This document shows, in pieces, positions 1 to 10,242 of a stretch of DNA of 64,000 nucleotides (position 1 is its first letter; the number at the start of each line of letters is the position of its first letter). The DNA is from a phage: sequence record OZ346205.1; one strand, written 5' to 3'. The notes under the pieces were generated by a model. The model worked only from the letters and a program-made list of their open reading frames with translations. It had not been told where the DNA came from and made no database searches. The position numbers and the translations under genes are program-made.

Positions 1-221
1 CGGGAACTACTGCCGCTGTAGCTCACAAGATGAAAAGACGTTGGATCTCCATCGAGATTGGTGATCATTGCCATACCCATATTATTCCGCGCTTGGAAAA
101 AGTGATCGATGGGGAAGATCAAGGTGGTATTTCTAAGTCTGTAAACTGGCAAGGTGGTGGTGGCTTCCGTTATTACAAACTTGCCCCGACCTTAATTGCG
201 AAAGATAAGTCTGATCAATAA
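1..221 (+). CDS. DNA methyltransferase, C-terminal fragment (5' end outside window)
   Basis: Frame open to window edge; tail KRRWISIEIGD...NWQGGGGFRYYKL resembles the segment after the FxGSGTT AdoMet motif of beta-class N6A/N4C MTases. Confidence 0.45.
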   Translation, partial: GTTAAVAHKMKRRWISIEIGDHCHTHIIPRLEKVIDGEDQGGISKSVNWQGGGGFRYYKLAPTLIAKDKSDQ

Positions 222-234
222 AGAGTACAATCAA

Positions 235-540
235 ATGATGAAACGTTATAAACCATACACTTTTGAAATCGATTTCGAACTTGACGATATGTTCACTGTA
301 GAAGCTCAGGCAGTTGTCCAGTTGCCAGACCCGGAGTGCCGTGATTCTGATGTTGACTATTACGGATTTAGACAGATCACTGATGTGCATGTTTACCACA
401 ACGGTGAAGAGGTGGACTTCCACCAACTGCCAAACGATATTCGCCACTCAATTTACAAACGTGCAGCCCGTGAACTAGAGTCCTATCTGGATGCAGCGAC
501 GACAGCAGCTGCATTTGCCGAAGAAGTGGGAGGTTTCTGA
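235..540 (+). CDS. hypothetical protein
   Basis: ORF 196..540; start moved to ATG 235 (AAGAG 9 nt upstream), clear of upstream gene. Confidence 0.5.
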   Translation: MMKRYKPYTFEIDFELDDMFTVEAQAVVQLPDPECRDSDVDYYGFRQITDVHVYHNGEEVDFHQLPNDIRHSIYKRAARELESYLDAATTAAAFAEEVGGF

Positions 541-938
541 TGATTACAGGTGTGAAGATTCTCCAATACCACTTAACCAAATTGGAAGATGCTGAAAAAG
601 AGCTTGCAGAAGTTCTGAATAGTGGATATACTTTGCTATCATGCGCCTGCTCAGACACCTACGTTGTGTGGACACTTATCCGGAAGGAAGAGCCTGCAGG
701 GATCTTGGTGCCAAACCCTAAGATTATTAGTGAGGTGGATGACTATTCCCAGGACGGCCTGCCAGAAGGCTGGGAAGTATGGGAAGGTGGTGAAAACCCT
801 GCACCAGGTAAGTGGGTAAAATATAAACTACGTAGTGGTGCACAGTACGCTGACTACTCTGATGACCTAGACTGGAGTCATTCTTCACCAGGATCGTCTG
901 CAAGTTCATATGATATCGTTGCTTTTCAGGAAGAATAA
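540..938 (+). CDS. hypothetical protein
   Basis: ATG overlaps upstream stop (TGATG); GGGAGG RBS. Confidence 0.55.
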   Translation: MITGVKILQYHLTKLEDAEKELAEVLNSGYTLLSCACSDTYVVWTLIRKEEPAGILVPNPKIISEVDDYSQDGLPEGWEVWEGGENPAPGKWVKYKLRSGAQYADYSDDLDWSHSSPGSSASSYDIVAFQEE

Positions 939-950
939 GGAGATAGTGTT

Positions 951-1433
951 ATGTCAGCTTTTATGTGGAAAGTAGGTTACGCAGCTCCTGAAATGTGTGA
1001 GGCTTGCTTTGTGAAAATAGGCCGCGAGGATATCGACAAAGTGATCCTTAAGTTTCGTGATGTGGCTGTGATCGGCAACCGAGTGCTTAAGCACTTAAAG
1101 AATTTGAAGCTCACCAAAAAGAAATTCTTCGGGCTTTTCGAAGAGAAAGTTGATGCTTGGACCCATTGCATTCAGGAAGCTAAATCTCACTACAGCGCTA
1201 TCGTTACCCCAGAACGGGTAGCCAAGATGGAAGGATTCATCAACAGCACAGAGTTTGAGTGCCTGAAAGCTGCACTTGATAGTTATCCGAAATGCCTCAA
1301 GCACTTGGACAAGTATGTAGAAAAGGATGGGGAAATGTACCTAACCCTGGACGCATATTATGAGATGCAAGAAATTTTAAATTTAGATTTGACATTGGTA
1401 TCCACCGAGTATACAATAGGTATCCGGGTTTAA
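951..1433 (+). CDS. hypothetical protein
   Basis: AAGGAGA RBS 7 nt before ATG; 160 aa ORF. Confidence 0.6.
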   Translation: MSAFMWKVGYAAPEMCEACFVKIGREDIDKVILKFRDVAVIGNRVLKHLKNLKLTKKKFFGLFEEKVDAWTHCIQEAKSHYSAIVTPERVAKMEGFINSTEFECLKAALDSYPKCLKHLDKYVEKDGEMYLTLDAYYEMQEILNLDLTLVSTEYTIGIRV

Positions 1434-1440
1434 CACTAGG

Positions 1441-1466
1441 CCCTGCCCGAAAGGGTGGGGCTTTTT
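1441..1466 (+). terminator. rho-independent terminator
   Basis: CCCTGCCC-GAAA-GGGTGGGG hairpin followed by CTTTTT; identical hairpin recurs at 11839. Confidence 0.6.
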
Positions 1467-1484
1467 GCATTAGGAGACAGCAAA

Positions 1485-2249
1485 TTGAAATTTATCTACA
1501 AAGAACACTACCACAAAGGTGTTGTGTGGAGCCTGTTTGACGGATCTGGTGGTGCAGTCATTGACTGGGCAAAAGCTGGGTATCTGTGCCTGTGCTTTAA
1601 TGCAGAAGGTGCTGATCACGGCAGTTATGCAGAGGTGATAACCGATCATCCCAACATTCACTATGTGGATTATTGGATTGACCCATGGTTCCCTCAGGAA
1701 ACTTTTTGCATGTACCCAGCTCCAGACTTTATTCTTGCATTTCCTCCGTGCACGCATTTAGCGGTATCAGGTGCTGCACATTTTAAGAAAAAGCTGGCTA
1801 AGGATCCTTTGATCCAAATTAATGCTGTAAAGGATGCTCGGGTTGCGGAAGAGTTGGGAGAGATTTACGATTGCCCGTGGCATGTAGAGAATCCTGTAGG
1901 GGTTATGTCCACACTGTGGCGAAAACCTGATTACCGTTTTCATCCTTCGGATTATGGTGGGTATTTACCGGAGGATGATGTAAACCCCTGGTTTCCTGAA
2001 TTTATAGCTCCACGTGATGCCTATCCAAAAATAACTTGCGGCTGGATAGGCAATGGATTTATAATCCCGGCCACAAAACCTGTCCCGCAAATAGTTGACG
2101 CGGTTAGCGGGTATTCCATGCAACACGCCAAGCTGGGTGGAAAGAGTGCAAGAACGAAGATGATCCGAAGCCTCACGCCACGTGGCTGGGCAAAAGCCGT
2201 ATTCTTAGCAAACGAGCCTGTAGTAAGGAGCAGAATTAATGGGAAGTAA
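1485..2249 (+). CDS. DNA (cytosine-5)-methyltransferase
   Basis: Motif I LFDGSGG, motif IV FPPC (catalytic Cys), motif VI HVENP; start placed at TTG 1485 after GGAGA because track start 1455 lies inside the terminator stem. Confidence 0.65.
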   Translation: MKFIYKEHYHKGVVWSLFDGSGGAVIDWAKAGYLCLCFNAEGADHGSYAEVITDHPNIHYVDYWIDPWFPQETFCMYPAPDFILAFPPCTHLAVSGAAHFKKKLAKDPLIQINAVKDARVAEELGEIYDCPWHVENPVGVMSTLWRKPDYRFHPSDYGGYLPEDDVNPWFPEFIAPRDAYPKITCGWIGNGFIIPATKPVPQIVDAVSGYSMQHAKLGGKSARTKMIRSLTPRGWAKAVFLANEPVVRSRINGK

Positions 2250-4317
2250 ATTTATGGCATCTGCATACAACCGTTTCGGTGAGCCAAACCCGAAAGCAAC
2301 TAAGTATAAAAGTGGGGGAAGTGTGAAACGAGACTATCGTGATGAAAAAGAGGTTGAAACTGTAGAGACTGTTTTAGAAAATACTAAAATCGTCCCTGTC
2401 CCACAACAAAATATCGGTCTGATGGCTGCACAATATTTTGGTGTGCGATCAGCATTATCCCAAGAAGATGGTGTGACAGTCACTGCAACATATTTCCCAT
2501 ATTACGACCGCTACGGAAATCTGTCCGGTTTCAAAAAGCGTGACTGGACGATTCCTAAAGAGCAAAGAGGCCATTTCTCCGTTGTTGGCATAGTAAAGGC
2601 TAACTCTCAGATGTTTGGTCAAAAGCTGTGTGCATCTTCCAACAACCGTAAGCAGATTAACGTTTGTGAGGGAGAAGGTGATGTTATTGCAGCATGGCAG
2701 GCTGCATATCAGATACAAGTAAAAGGGATTCTCACCAACGCTAAAGCCCCGGCAAAGGTGAAACAGTGGGCTAAAGAGGTCCAGGACGGGATCGATGCAG
2801 TTATCAACGGTGGCGATCTGGCAGGAAAACCATGCCTGCCTTTTGTTGGAATTAACTGTGGATGTGCAAACGCAGTAGATACTTTTGCAAACAATGAGAA
2901 GTTTATCCGTAGCTATGGAACAGTTGTGCTGGCAATGGATAACGATGCAGCTAACGAGGTAGAGAAGCAAAAACACGTCATTAAAGGTGTTGAGGCCACG
3001 CACAATATCGCAGCATTTTTGATGGCTGATAACGTTTACCACGTAGAATACCCTGGTGAAGTAAATGACCCTGACGGGGTAAAAGATATCCGTGACATGC
3101 TGAAGGCTAAAAAGCTGGAAGATATTGTCAACATGTTCCGGCACCCTGTTAAATATGTGCCTGATGCTGTGTCGGATTTAGAAGACTTCTCTATCGAGTC
3201 TTTGCGGAAAAAGACTTCCAACGGGGTAGATATCAGCGCAGAGTTCCCAAAACTGCAAAAAATGCTAAAAGGCTTGCACAAAGGGACACTCGTAATGCTT
3301 ACAGGGCCATCAGGGGGCGGTAAAACAACTGTAGCTAAAAAACTGGAACATTGTATTGCAAGATACCTAATGGACCCGACATGCCCGAAGGCTGATGACT
3401 ATGAAGAGGATGATCGTCTATGTATGATCCATCTTGAGGAGGACCCGGAGGAAGCAATTAACTCCTTGTATGCAAACCAGTTAGGGTTTGATGTTAAAGA
3501 GTTTGTTGAAGATCCTAGCCAGTTTTTAACTGATCAAGAACACGCAGAGATTCACCAATCATGGGCAAAAGCTGGAAAAATCAAAGTGTTCAAACATTTC
3601 GGATCTATTCCGGTGGACGAGTTGATTACCAAGCTTAAGCAAATGGTTTGCCTGTACCATTGCCGTTATATTGTGCTGGATCACCTGTCCATGGTAATTT
3701 CAGGGCTTAATGTTAAGGATGAGCGAAAAGAACTGGACATGGCTATGACTCAGCTGGCTGCGTTTTGTAAGCAGTTTAACGTGTTTATCTTAGTGATCGC
3801 TCACCTCAAACGTACAGAGATTGTGCCTCCTAAGGACAAGGATGGTAACCCGTTACCTTTCTGGTATCCTGTGCGAAAAGAGAATTTGCGAGGATCGGCG
3901 GGGCTTGAACAGTTGAGTTGGGTAGTCATAGGTGTCGAGGCCGAAGAAATGGTGGATCGTTCTCGTGGACGTGTCCGTCTGGTAGGTCTTAAAAACCGTC
4001 CAGCAAAAACTTTAGGTATTGCTGACACTTTGGTTATGGACCCGCACACAGGTAAGTTCCATGATGCCAGTAATTGGTACTGGGACAAAGAAATGCAAAT
4101 GTTTACAGACGGAGAAGGTGGGGAGGTTGTTTGGAGACCTCAGGCTATGTTTGAGGATCAGGAGCATGCAGTTGTAGAAACACCTATGGGCAAGGTTGTG
4201 GCTGATAAGGTTGTAACTCCTACTGTTAAGCCTGTTGACACGCAGGAAGACCTCCAGTACGATGATCCATCCTCTGACCCGGTCCCTGGTTTTGAGGATG
4301 ATGAAACGCCTTTTTAA
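2239..4317 (+). CDS. DNA primase-helicase (TOPRIM + DnaB/gp4-like helicase)
   Basis: TOPRIM-like CEGEGD and MDNDA; Walker A GPSGGGKTT; Walker B IVLDHLS; acidic tail ...EDDETPF. Confidence 0.75.
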   Translation: MGSKFMASAYNRFGEPNPKATKYKSGGSVKRDYRDEKEVETVETVLENTKIVPVPQQNIGLMAAQYFGVRSALSQEDGVTVTATYFPYYDRYGNLSGFKKRDWTIPKEQRGHFSVVGIVKANSQMFGQKLCASSNNRKQINVCEGEGDVIAAWQAAYQIQVKGILTNAKAPAKVKQWAKEVQDGIDAVINGGDLAGKPCLPFVGINCGCANAVDTFANNEKFIRSYGTVVLAMDNDAANEVEKQKHVIKGVEATHNIAAFLMADNVYHVEYPGEVNDPDGVKDIRDMLKAKKLEDIVNMFRHPVKYVPDAVSDLEDFSIESLRKKTSNGVDISAEFPKLQKMLKGLHKGTLVMLTGPSGGGKTTVAKKLEHCIARYLMDPTCPKADDYEEDDRLCMIHLEEDPEEAINSLYANQLGFDVKEFVEDPSQFLTDQEHAEIHQSWAKAGKIKVFKHFGSIPVDELITKLKQMVCLYHCRYIVLDHLSMVISGLNVKDERKELDMAMTQLAAFCKQFNVFILVIAHLKRTEIVPPKDKDGNPLPFWYPVRKENLRGSAGLEQLSWVVIGVEAEEMVDRSRGRVRLVGLKNRPAKTLGIADTLVMDPHTGKFHDASNWYWDKEMQMFTDGEGGEVVWRPQAMFEDQEHAVVETPMGKVVADKVVTPTVKPVDTQEDLQYDDPSSDPVPGFEDDETPF

Positions 4318-4375
4318 TGTTTAACAAAGAGTGGGAGGGGTAGTACAACCGCCTCCCCTTTAAGGAGAACTGTAT

Positions 4376-6799
4376 ATGAGTATGTGGTCTTTCGATTTTG
4401 AGTCATCCGGTTTGCTGGAAGACCCAGATCTTTATTATCACTGCGGTCTGTTTAAAGAGCTGAATAAGAACCGTTTTATGCTGTTCCTTCCTCTAAATGA
4501 CCGCACACACTACTCCGAGGAGGATATAGAAAAGGCTAAGAACTTCATTCTGTCAAAGAAAACTCTTTATAAAGATTTTGAAGTTCGCATAGCAGATTTT
4601 TCGGAGTTGGAAGGTTGGCTTACAGGCAATTCTGACTGGTCACCAACAGCTTTGAACTGCCATAACTGCTACAGTTATGACTTTATGCTAATGGAAAGAT
4701 TATCCGGTATTCATTTTGATATGTTCCGTGATCCTAAATGCATGGGGACTATCAACGACCACCAGGTTAACCTGTTTGATACGTTGGCTATGAGCCGAAT
4801 CTTGTGGCCTGATCGCCCTTTACCAAAAGGTTGTCCGGACGCTGTATTCAACCCGGTTACTAAGAAAATGCAACCTGTTGGTCCTCACGGCCTTATGGCA
4901 TGGGGCTACGCCCTTGGTAACCAGAAAGTTCAAATTGATGACTGGCGCGATCTTCCGTTGTGGAAGTATGTGGATCGTGTATTCGAGGACGTTATCATCC
5001 AGGAGCTGCTCTGGAAAGAGCTGGTAGCGGAATCAAAAGGTGTATTCTACGGCAAATCTGACATGCAGAACTTTATGTACGATCCAGCCAAAGAGAAGCC
5101 GAAAGGGTTCAAGAAGATCACCTGGAAGAACGCATTACGTCGAGGCATGCTGCAGCACTTCCTGATGGAGCTGCAGGCCCGTCAGGGTGTATACTTCGAC
5201 ATAGATGGAGCTATTGCTTTACGTGACCGTTGCGATGCGTGGATGAAAGAAATCGCTGATCGTGTTGAACCACAACTACCTTTAAAAGAGCTGTCAATGT
5301 CTCAGCGGCCCAAGTTCCCTGAAAAGCCGTTTAACCAAGACGGGACAATCTCTAATAATGGTTGGAAATGGTTAAAAGATAAGCTTGGCTATCCTGTAGA
5401 CATGAGTGCTTTAGAGTTCAAAGCCCCGCCTAAGCGAGCATTTACCTCTACAGGAGATGTCAGCAAGATGGGGATAAAATGGTGTGAAGAGATGGGCTGC
5501 AAAGACCCCGATAAGATGGCTGATTTCTTGAGAGGCTATATTAAGGGCACCTCCACACCACAACCCTTACCTAAAGAGCTGATGGATCAGGCAATAAGTG
5601 ATCTGCAGCAGAAGCGAATGCCTGACTGCAAGATACCTATGAAAATCAGCAATCAGGACGACATCAAGCGATACCTAATCAGTGCTGGTTGGCTCCCAAC
5701 AATGTGGAGAACTAAAGATGTAACTAAAGACAGCAAGAAGAAAGCTTTACCTGATGCAGATGTTGATGCACGAGTATATGCATATATGGACGAGCTTTTG
5801 GAGTCAGAGTATTGTGACCTAATTATCAACTTCTGGAACAAAACTGATGCTAAGTTCCAGACAACCGTGCACAAGTTCCGAAGCTTTCCTAACTCCGAAA
5901 GGATTAAAAAGGAAGTATTCGGGAAAATACGTAGAAAAGCCAGGGCACTTATTACTTCTCCGCAACTGAAAGATACGTTTGGACACCTATGCCCAAATCT
6001 TGAAAAATTGAACGGAGAGATGGCTAAAGATATCGTCTTGTGGTTATCATTGCGAAACCGCAGATCGGTCCTTGATCCAATCAAGGAGGATAAGGTTGAT
6101 ACTGGTCTTCTTAATCACCCACGTTTGAAGATTGACCATAAGCTTCCTGCTAAAAGCTCTGGATTAACAAACACTTCCAGACAGAAACACAGTATTTGTG
6201 CAAACATGCCTAAACCATCTCCTAAAGTGGTTATGGGTAAAGAGATGCGTAGTCTGTGGGGTGTTCCTCCGGGATACTTTGAGATCGGTATTGACGGGTC
6301 CAACTTAGAGCAGCTTATCGGGGCTTGGGGTGCCTTTGAGTTCGACAACGGCCTGTATTATGATGTTGTAAGTAACGGAGACGCACACCAAAACAATGCT
6401 GAGGCATATACAAAAGTGGCAGGCAGAGAGGTGTCCCGTAACGACGGTAAACCTATCACGTATGGGGTTATGTACGGGGCACAAAAAGATAAAGTTGCAG
6501 ATATGTTGGACATCTCCCCAGAGTTGGGACAAAGGGTAATCGATGCACTCTGGGATGCCAACCCAGGTCTTAAGGGGCGCAAAGAGGATCTGGAGAAATT
6601 CTGGGAAGCAACAGGTAAGAAGTTTATCTACTCTTTTGATGGTCATGCTATCTGGACCCGATCTAAACACTCTTTACTTAATGCATACCAACAAAATGGC
6701 GGTGCATCGTTGTGTGACTTAGTTGGAATACTCATGCACCACCAGATGGTGAAGCGTGGGTGGTACGATGAAGGTGTTCGTCGTATTATTTATTACCAT
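4376..6799 (+). CDS. DNA polymerase, family A (Pol I-like), exon 1
   Basis: 3'-5' exo motif FDFESSG; motif A IDGSNLEQ; motif B R..GKPITYGVMYG; frame ends ...RRIIYYH just before motif C. Confidence 0.8.
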
Positions 6800-7075
6800 A
6801 AATAACATTGTGGCTTCATAGAGTAATCTATGTCGAATAACCTCTTTAACTGCGGGAAGCCTAAACCTTATGGCAAGGTAATCCGCAACGAAGCGCTCAA
6901 AAGAGCGAACGCTCAGAGGCCATTCCGAAAGGAAGTAGACCAGCAAGTGCGGTCGAAATGGGAGGATTCCTGTGGTTGCTTATCATAGGAATATGAGATG
7001 GTCCGATCCTACGTGAAAACGTATGGCTATGCACGTAATGGTGCGGGGTAGCTTAACGACCTACCTGAACTATTG
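6800..7075 (+). mobile_element. group I intron (no ORF) splitting DNA polymerase motif C
   Basis: P-like ACTGCGGGAAGCC (6848), Q-like AATCCGCAACG (6880), S-like GAGATGGTCCG (6995); follows exonic U, ends in G; exon junction YYH|DE restores motif C. Confidence 0.65.
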
Positions 7076-7429
7076 GATGAGTACCAACTTCAAGTGCCTG
7101 ACACACCGAAGTATAAGACTGTGTACACCTTCGACACAATTGAAGAACTGGAAGCATTTAAGGCAGAGCAGGAAGCCAAACTTCATGTGTTCGACGGTCA
7201 TAAGTACAAAAAGGCACGCAAGGATGAGGACGGAAACGAAGTGGTTGACAGAGACGGAAACACGGTGTACGATCCTATCCTGAACGATGACGGAAAGCTT
7301 GAACTTATCTGGAGCCCTGTGGGTGAAATGGTGGTACATTGCTTCTGGCAAGCTTCTAAAATGATGGGAGTCCCGTTCCAGATCACAGGTGAATACTTGT
7401 GTGGTCGTAATTGGGGTGATTGTCACTAA
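7076..7429 (+). CDS. DNA polymerase, family A, exon 2 (C-terminus)
   Basis: Begins DEYQ (motif C completion); ends ...GRNWGDCH like Pol I ...GENWDQAH. Confidence 0.7.
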   Translation, partial: DEYQLQVPDTPKYKTVYTFDTIEELEAFKAEQEAKLHVFDGHKYKKARKDEDGNEVVDRDGNTVYDPILNDDGKLELIWSPVGEMVVHCFWQASKMMGVPFQITGEYLCGRNWGDCH

Positions 7430-7478
7430 TGTAAACTATCAACACATGGAAGTGTTGTTGAGCAAAGAGGAGACTTTT

Positions 7479-7763
7479 ATGGTAGTAGAACCAACAAAAA
7501 CATTTACATCCATGACTATCCCTGTTATTATGCAGGTGGAGTGTGTTCAGGTATCTCAAGTGTGGCCTGGCACCAAAATCCCAACAGGGCCTGATTTCTT
7601 TCAGGTTGGGAAAGTGTACAATGTCTGGAAGGCACCAGATTGTTACCCTTTCATTAAAGATGACCGTGGGATGCTGTGGTATCTTGGAAATGACTTGACA
7701 CTGCACCTTGGGAATGCTATTATTGCAGTATTCAGACTTAACAAGAAGGAGACCGATCAATGA
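7479..7763 (+). CDS. hypothetical protein
   Basis: ORF 7389..7763; start moved to ATG 7479 with AAAGAGGAGA RBS, clear of polymerase end. Confidence 0.5.
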   Translation: MVVEPTKTFTSMTIPVIMQVECVQVSQVWPGTKIPTGPDFFQVGKVYNVWKAPDCYPFIKDDRGMLWYLGNDLTLHLGNAIIAVFRLNKKETDQ

Positions 7764-7987
7764 CGACTTTGGTTAAAGCCACCTTTGTAGAAGAAAAGAT
7801 GACAGACATGTCATTCTTTAAAGAAGGAAAGACCTACGAGGTTTATTACGATAAAGCTCGTGCAAACAAAATGATTAAAGACGAGGAAGGGGTTGACTGG
7901 TATATCTCTCACCTGGCAAACGGTGAGTATCATATCTACGGAACCACTTTGCTTGCCAAGTTTGTAGTTGTTGAAGAGGACCTATGA
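7760..7987 (+). CDS. hypothetical protein
   Basis: ATG overlaps upstream stop; AAGAAGGAGA RBS. Confidence 0.55.
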   Translation: MTTLVKATFVEEKMTDMSFFKEGKTYEVYYDKARANKMIKDEEGVDWYISHLANGEYHIYGTTLLAKFVVVEEDL

Positions 7988-8178
7988 AAGTAAAGTATCT
8001 TGCTGAAGGTATGAATAGGTATTTTACCCTTGGTGAAGAATATTGGCCCTTTACAAACAACGGCGATGTCTACGTGAAAGATAATTTCGGCACGCCGTGG
8101 TTTCTGCACTCTAATGGGCTGGGATACTCCATTTACTGCGGTGCAGTGAACAACACAACTCTTGCAGAGTTCGTTTAG
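7984..8178 (+). CDS. hypothetical protein
   Basis: Coupled start; GAAGAGGA RBS. Confidence 0.5.
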   Translation: MKVKYLAEGMNRYFTLGEEYWPFTNNGDVYVKDNFGTPWFLHSNGLGYSIYCGAVNNTTLAEFV

Positions 8179-8188
8179 AGGAGGTAGG

Positions 8189-8560
8189 ATGTTAGTAAAA
8201 GGTACCCACACAGTCAAACAACGTATTGAAGTTGAGATTGATGATTGTGAGCTGAAGCATATTTTACGGTCATGCTCCAACGTTTTGCTCCTTAGTATTC
8301 TTCAGGAGCGAGCGGAGAACGAGTTCTTAAATGCATTGGCAGGCCGTCCCGGTGACTTCTGTGTGCGTAAGCGTGGTGACAACAAGTCGTGGTTGTGGGA
8401 GATCGATGCCGACTGGGATTACCACAAAAATGAGGGTATAGATGAGCCTATTCGTGAACTGACGGACAAAGAGATTCAGATGTACAATGAAGTTTGTCAT
8501 TGGGCAACACGCCAACAAATTTACCTAGACCCTGTGTGGCTGATTGAAAATAGTCGTTGA
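8189..8560 (+). CDS. hypothetical protein
   Basis: ATG 8189 preceded by AGAGGAGG; track start 8162 is TTG. Confidence 0.55.
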   Translation: MLVKGTHTVKQRIEVEIDDCELKHILRSCSNVLLLSILQERAENEFLNALAGRPGDFCVRKRGDNKSWLWEIDADWDYHKNEGIDEPIRELTDKEIQMYNEVCHWATRQQIYLDPVWLIENSR

Positions 8561-8585
8561 CAAGAAGTAAGGTTAGATGTAAGAT
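8557..8585 (+). promoter_or_regulatory. sigma70-like promoter
   Basis: TTGACA - 17 nt - TAAGAT. Confidence 0.45.
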
Positions 8586-8636
8586 ACTCCTCACAAACAG
8601 AGTATTGATTGTTAAATAATTAAGGAGACCTCTAAG

Positions 8637-8891
8637 ATGAAAATCATGTTGAAACCAGAATGCGTTGCAAACGACCGAGCTTTTAAAGATTGCACACTTG
8701 GCGCTACTTATGAAGCAGAGTTTTGTGAGAACCCTTTGGTAAAAGCCCTTTTGGAAGAAGGGGCCCCTCTATCACAAGAAGAGCTTGATGAGCTGGAAAA
8801 CTCAGCACAGTGCCTTACCTTTAAAGATGATGAAGGAGACTCTGTCTGGTGCACTGTTAACGAAGTAGTTTTTGTAAAAACTGAACATTAA
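8637..8891 (+). CDS. hypothetical protein (paralogue of 8955..9215)
   Basis: AAGGAGA RBS; shares AF(K/R)DCT ... GD.V.CT pattern with next gene. Confidence 0.55.
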   Translation: MKIMLKPECVANDRAFKDCTLGATYEAEFCENPLVKALLEEGAPLSQEELDELENSAQCLTFKDDEGDSVWCTVNEVVFVKTEH

Positions 8892-8894
8892 TAC

Positions 8895-8923
8895 TTGACA
8901 ACAGCGATAGGACCTAATACAAT
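8895..8923 (+). promoter_or_regulatory. sigma70-like promoter
   Basis: TTGACA - 17 nt - TACAAT. Confidence 0.5.
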
Positions 8924-8954
8924 GGTCCTATCAAAACGAAAGGGGACCACAGCA

Positions 8955-9215
8955 ATGACCAAACAATATCAACGAATTAAAGCCAAGGTTAAGCCAGACT
9001 ATCTAGAGAAGGACTCTGCTTTTCGGGACTGCACAGCTGACAAAGTTTACACAGGGGCCGTCCTGTTGAACGATAAACTTGAAGTAGATGTGCTGGGTAA
9101 AGAGGCCGTTATCGAGGATGACAACGGTGACTGTGTTTTCTGCACCACACGAGAGCTAGAAGTCTTAGAATATTTCGGTGAAATCTTCAACTCCTTAGAC
9201 GACGAGGAAGCGTGA
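8955..9215 (+). CDS. hypothetical protein (paralogue of 8637..8891)
   Basis: ORF 8895..9215; start moved to ATG 8955 downstream of the promoter -10, AAAGGGGA RBS. Confidence 0.5.
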   Translation: MTKQYQRIKAKVKPDYLEKDSAFRDCTADKVYTGAVLLNDKLEVDVLGKEAVIEDDNGDCVFCTTRELEVLEYFGEIFNSLDDEEA

Positions 9216-9604
9216 TGAAAAATATTTGGGATATCGATATCTTTGAAGCCTCTAAGCTTGACGGTGCTGATGGAGTGATTATGGTGTCTGATGGCAAGGC
9301 AACACTAACTTCCGGAGATATCATCTATGCCTTGGACGAGCTGGCGCTTCTGAAATCTACCGGTAACACTTTGGAGGAGCGTCTTCAAGGATTCGCTTTC
9401 AAAGAAGGTACAAATACAGCCATGATGTGCACCACACGGACAGTCCAGGTTGGTAACGGTGTCTATATGATTATTGCTGTGTGTCCTAAATTCAGCAACG
9501 TCAACAAAGATGATGCTGACGCGGTCAACGATGTGGTTGTTCTCTTCGTGGGTGACGCTATGGCAGATCTGATGAATGCAGGAGAAGCAGCAAATGAAGA
9601 CTGA
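9215..9604 (+). CDS. hypothetical protein
   Basis: GAGGAAG RBS; ATG 9215. Confidence 0.5.
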   Translation: MKNIWDIDIFEASKLDGADGVIMVSDGKATLTSGDIIYALDELALLKSTGNTLEERLQGFAFKEGTNTAMMCTTRTVQVGNGVYMIIAVCPKFSNVNKDDADAVNDVVVLFVGDAMADLMNAGEAANED

Positions 9605-9896
9605 AAACATCACCCCAGCAGGGTTCTTAAAAGTATACCGTGAACTGCTATATACTACAGAGGACAGTGTTCTAGAGTATCCAGAATATCTTTTGCTGTA
9701 TAAGTATCTGCAGGAGGCTGGTGAAAATCTGCCAGTTAGTGCAGAAGGTGGTCCAAACTGGATATACAGCGCATGGAGAAAGGTTGACATTCTCCCAAAC
9801 CCAGGTAAAGATATGGTAGTTTGGCAGCTTATCAACAACATCGGGATTCCAATCTTTGATGAAGCTGTTAAAATCTATTTTGAACTTGACGATTAA
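9594..9896 (+). CDS. hypothetical protein
   Basis: ORF 9576..9896; ATG 9594 with GGAGAAG RBS. Confidence 0.5.
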   Translation: MKTENITPAGFLKVYRELLYTTEDSVLEYPEYLLLYKYLQEAGENLPVSAEGGPNWIYSAWRKVDILPNPGKDMVVWQLINNIGIPIFDEAVKIYFELDD

Positions 9897-9913
9897 TATC
9901 AGGAGACCTTAAG

Positions 9914-10159
9914 ATGACTGAAGCAGTTGCTCGCGCAGGACAGAAAGTACGTTGTGTTGAAGTAGGTTTTGGTGGCAAAGGGTGTCAAAACTTGACTCAA
10001 GGCAAGGAATATGCTGTTATCTCTGGTGGTGGCGACGAAAGTATTGTGTTCGAGGGTCACATCCTGGATGCTGAAAACTTTGAAATCTTTGACGACGATG
10101 GGGATCCGATCACCTGCCTGCTGGACGGGAATTGGGGAACTTTCGAAGTGATTGGCTAA
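9914..10159 (+). CDS. hypothetical protein
   Basis: AGGAGA RBS. Confidence 0.55.
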   Translation: MTEAVARAGQKVRCVEVGFGGKGCQNLTQGKEYAVISGGGDESIVFEGHILDAENFEIFDDDGDPITCLLDGNWGTFEVIG

Positions 10160-10242
10160 CAAATACCTATTGTAATTTACAGAAGGGGATGCTAAAATAG
10201 TGTCTCCTTCTATGTTGTTCAAATAAAATCGGAGATTCCATA

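Noticed and set aside
2455-3144. Long antisense ORFs inside large genes (e.g. 2455..3144 -, 32600..32890 +, 53059..53613 +, 42537..42851 +)
   Set aside because: Fully embedded opposite well-supported genes with recognisable motifs; no RBS; typical antisense artefacts
6719-6946. 75-aa - strand ORF
   Set aside because: Lies within the group I intron and polymerase 3' end; no RBS; explained by the intron call
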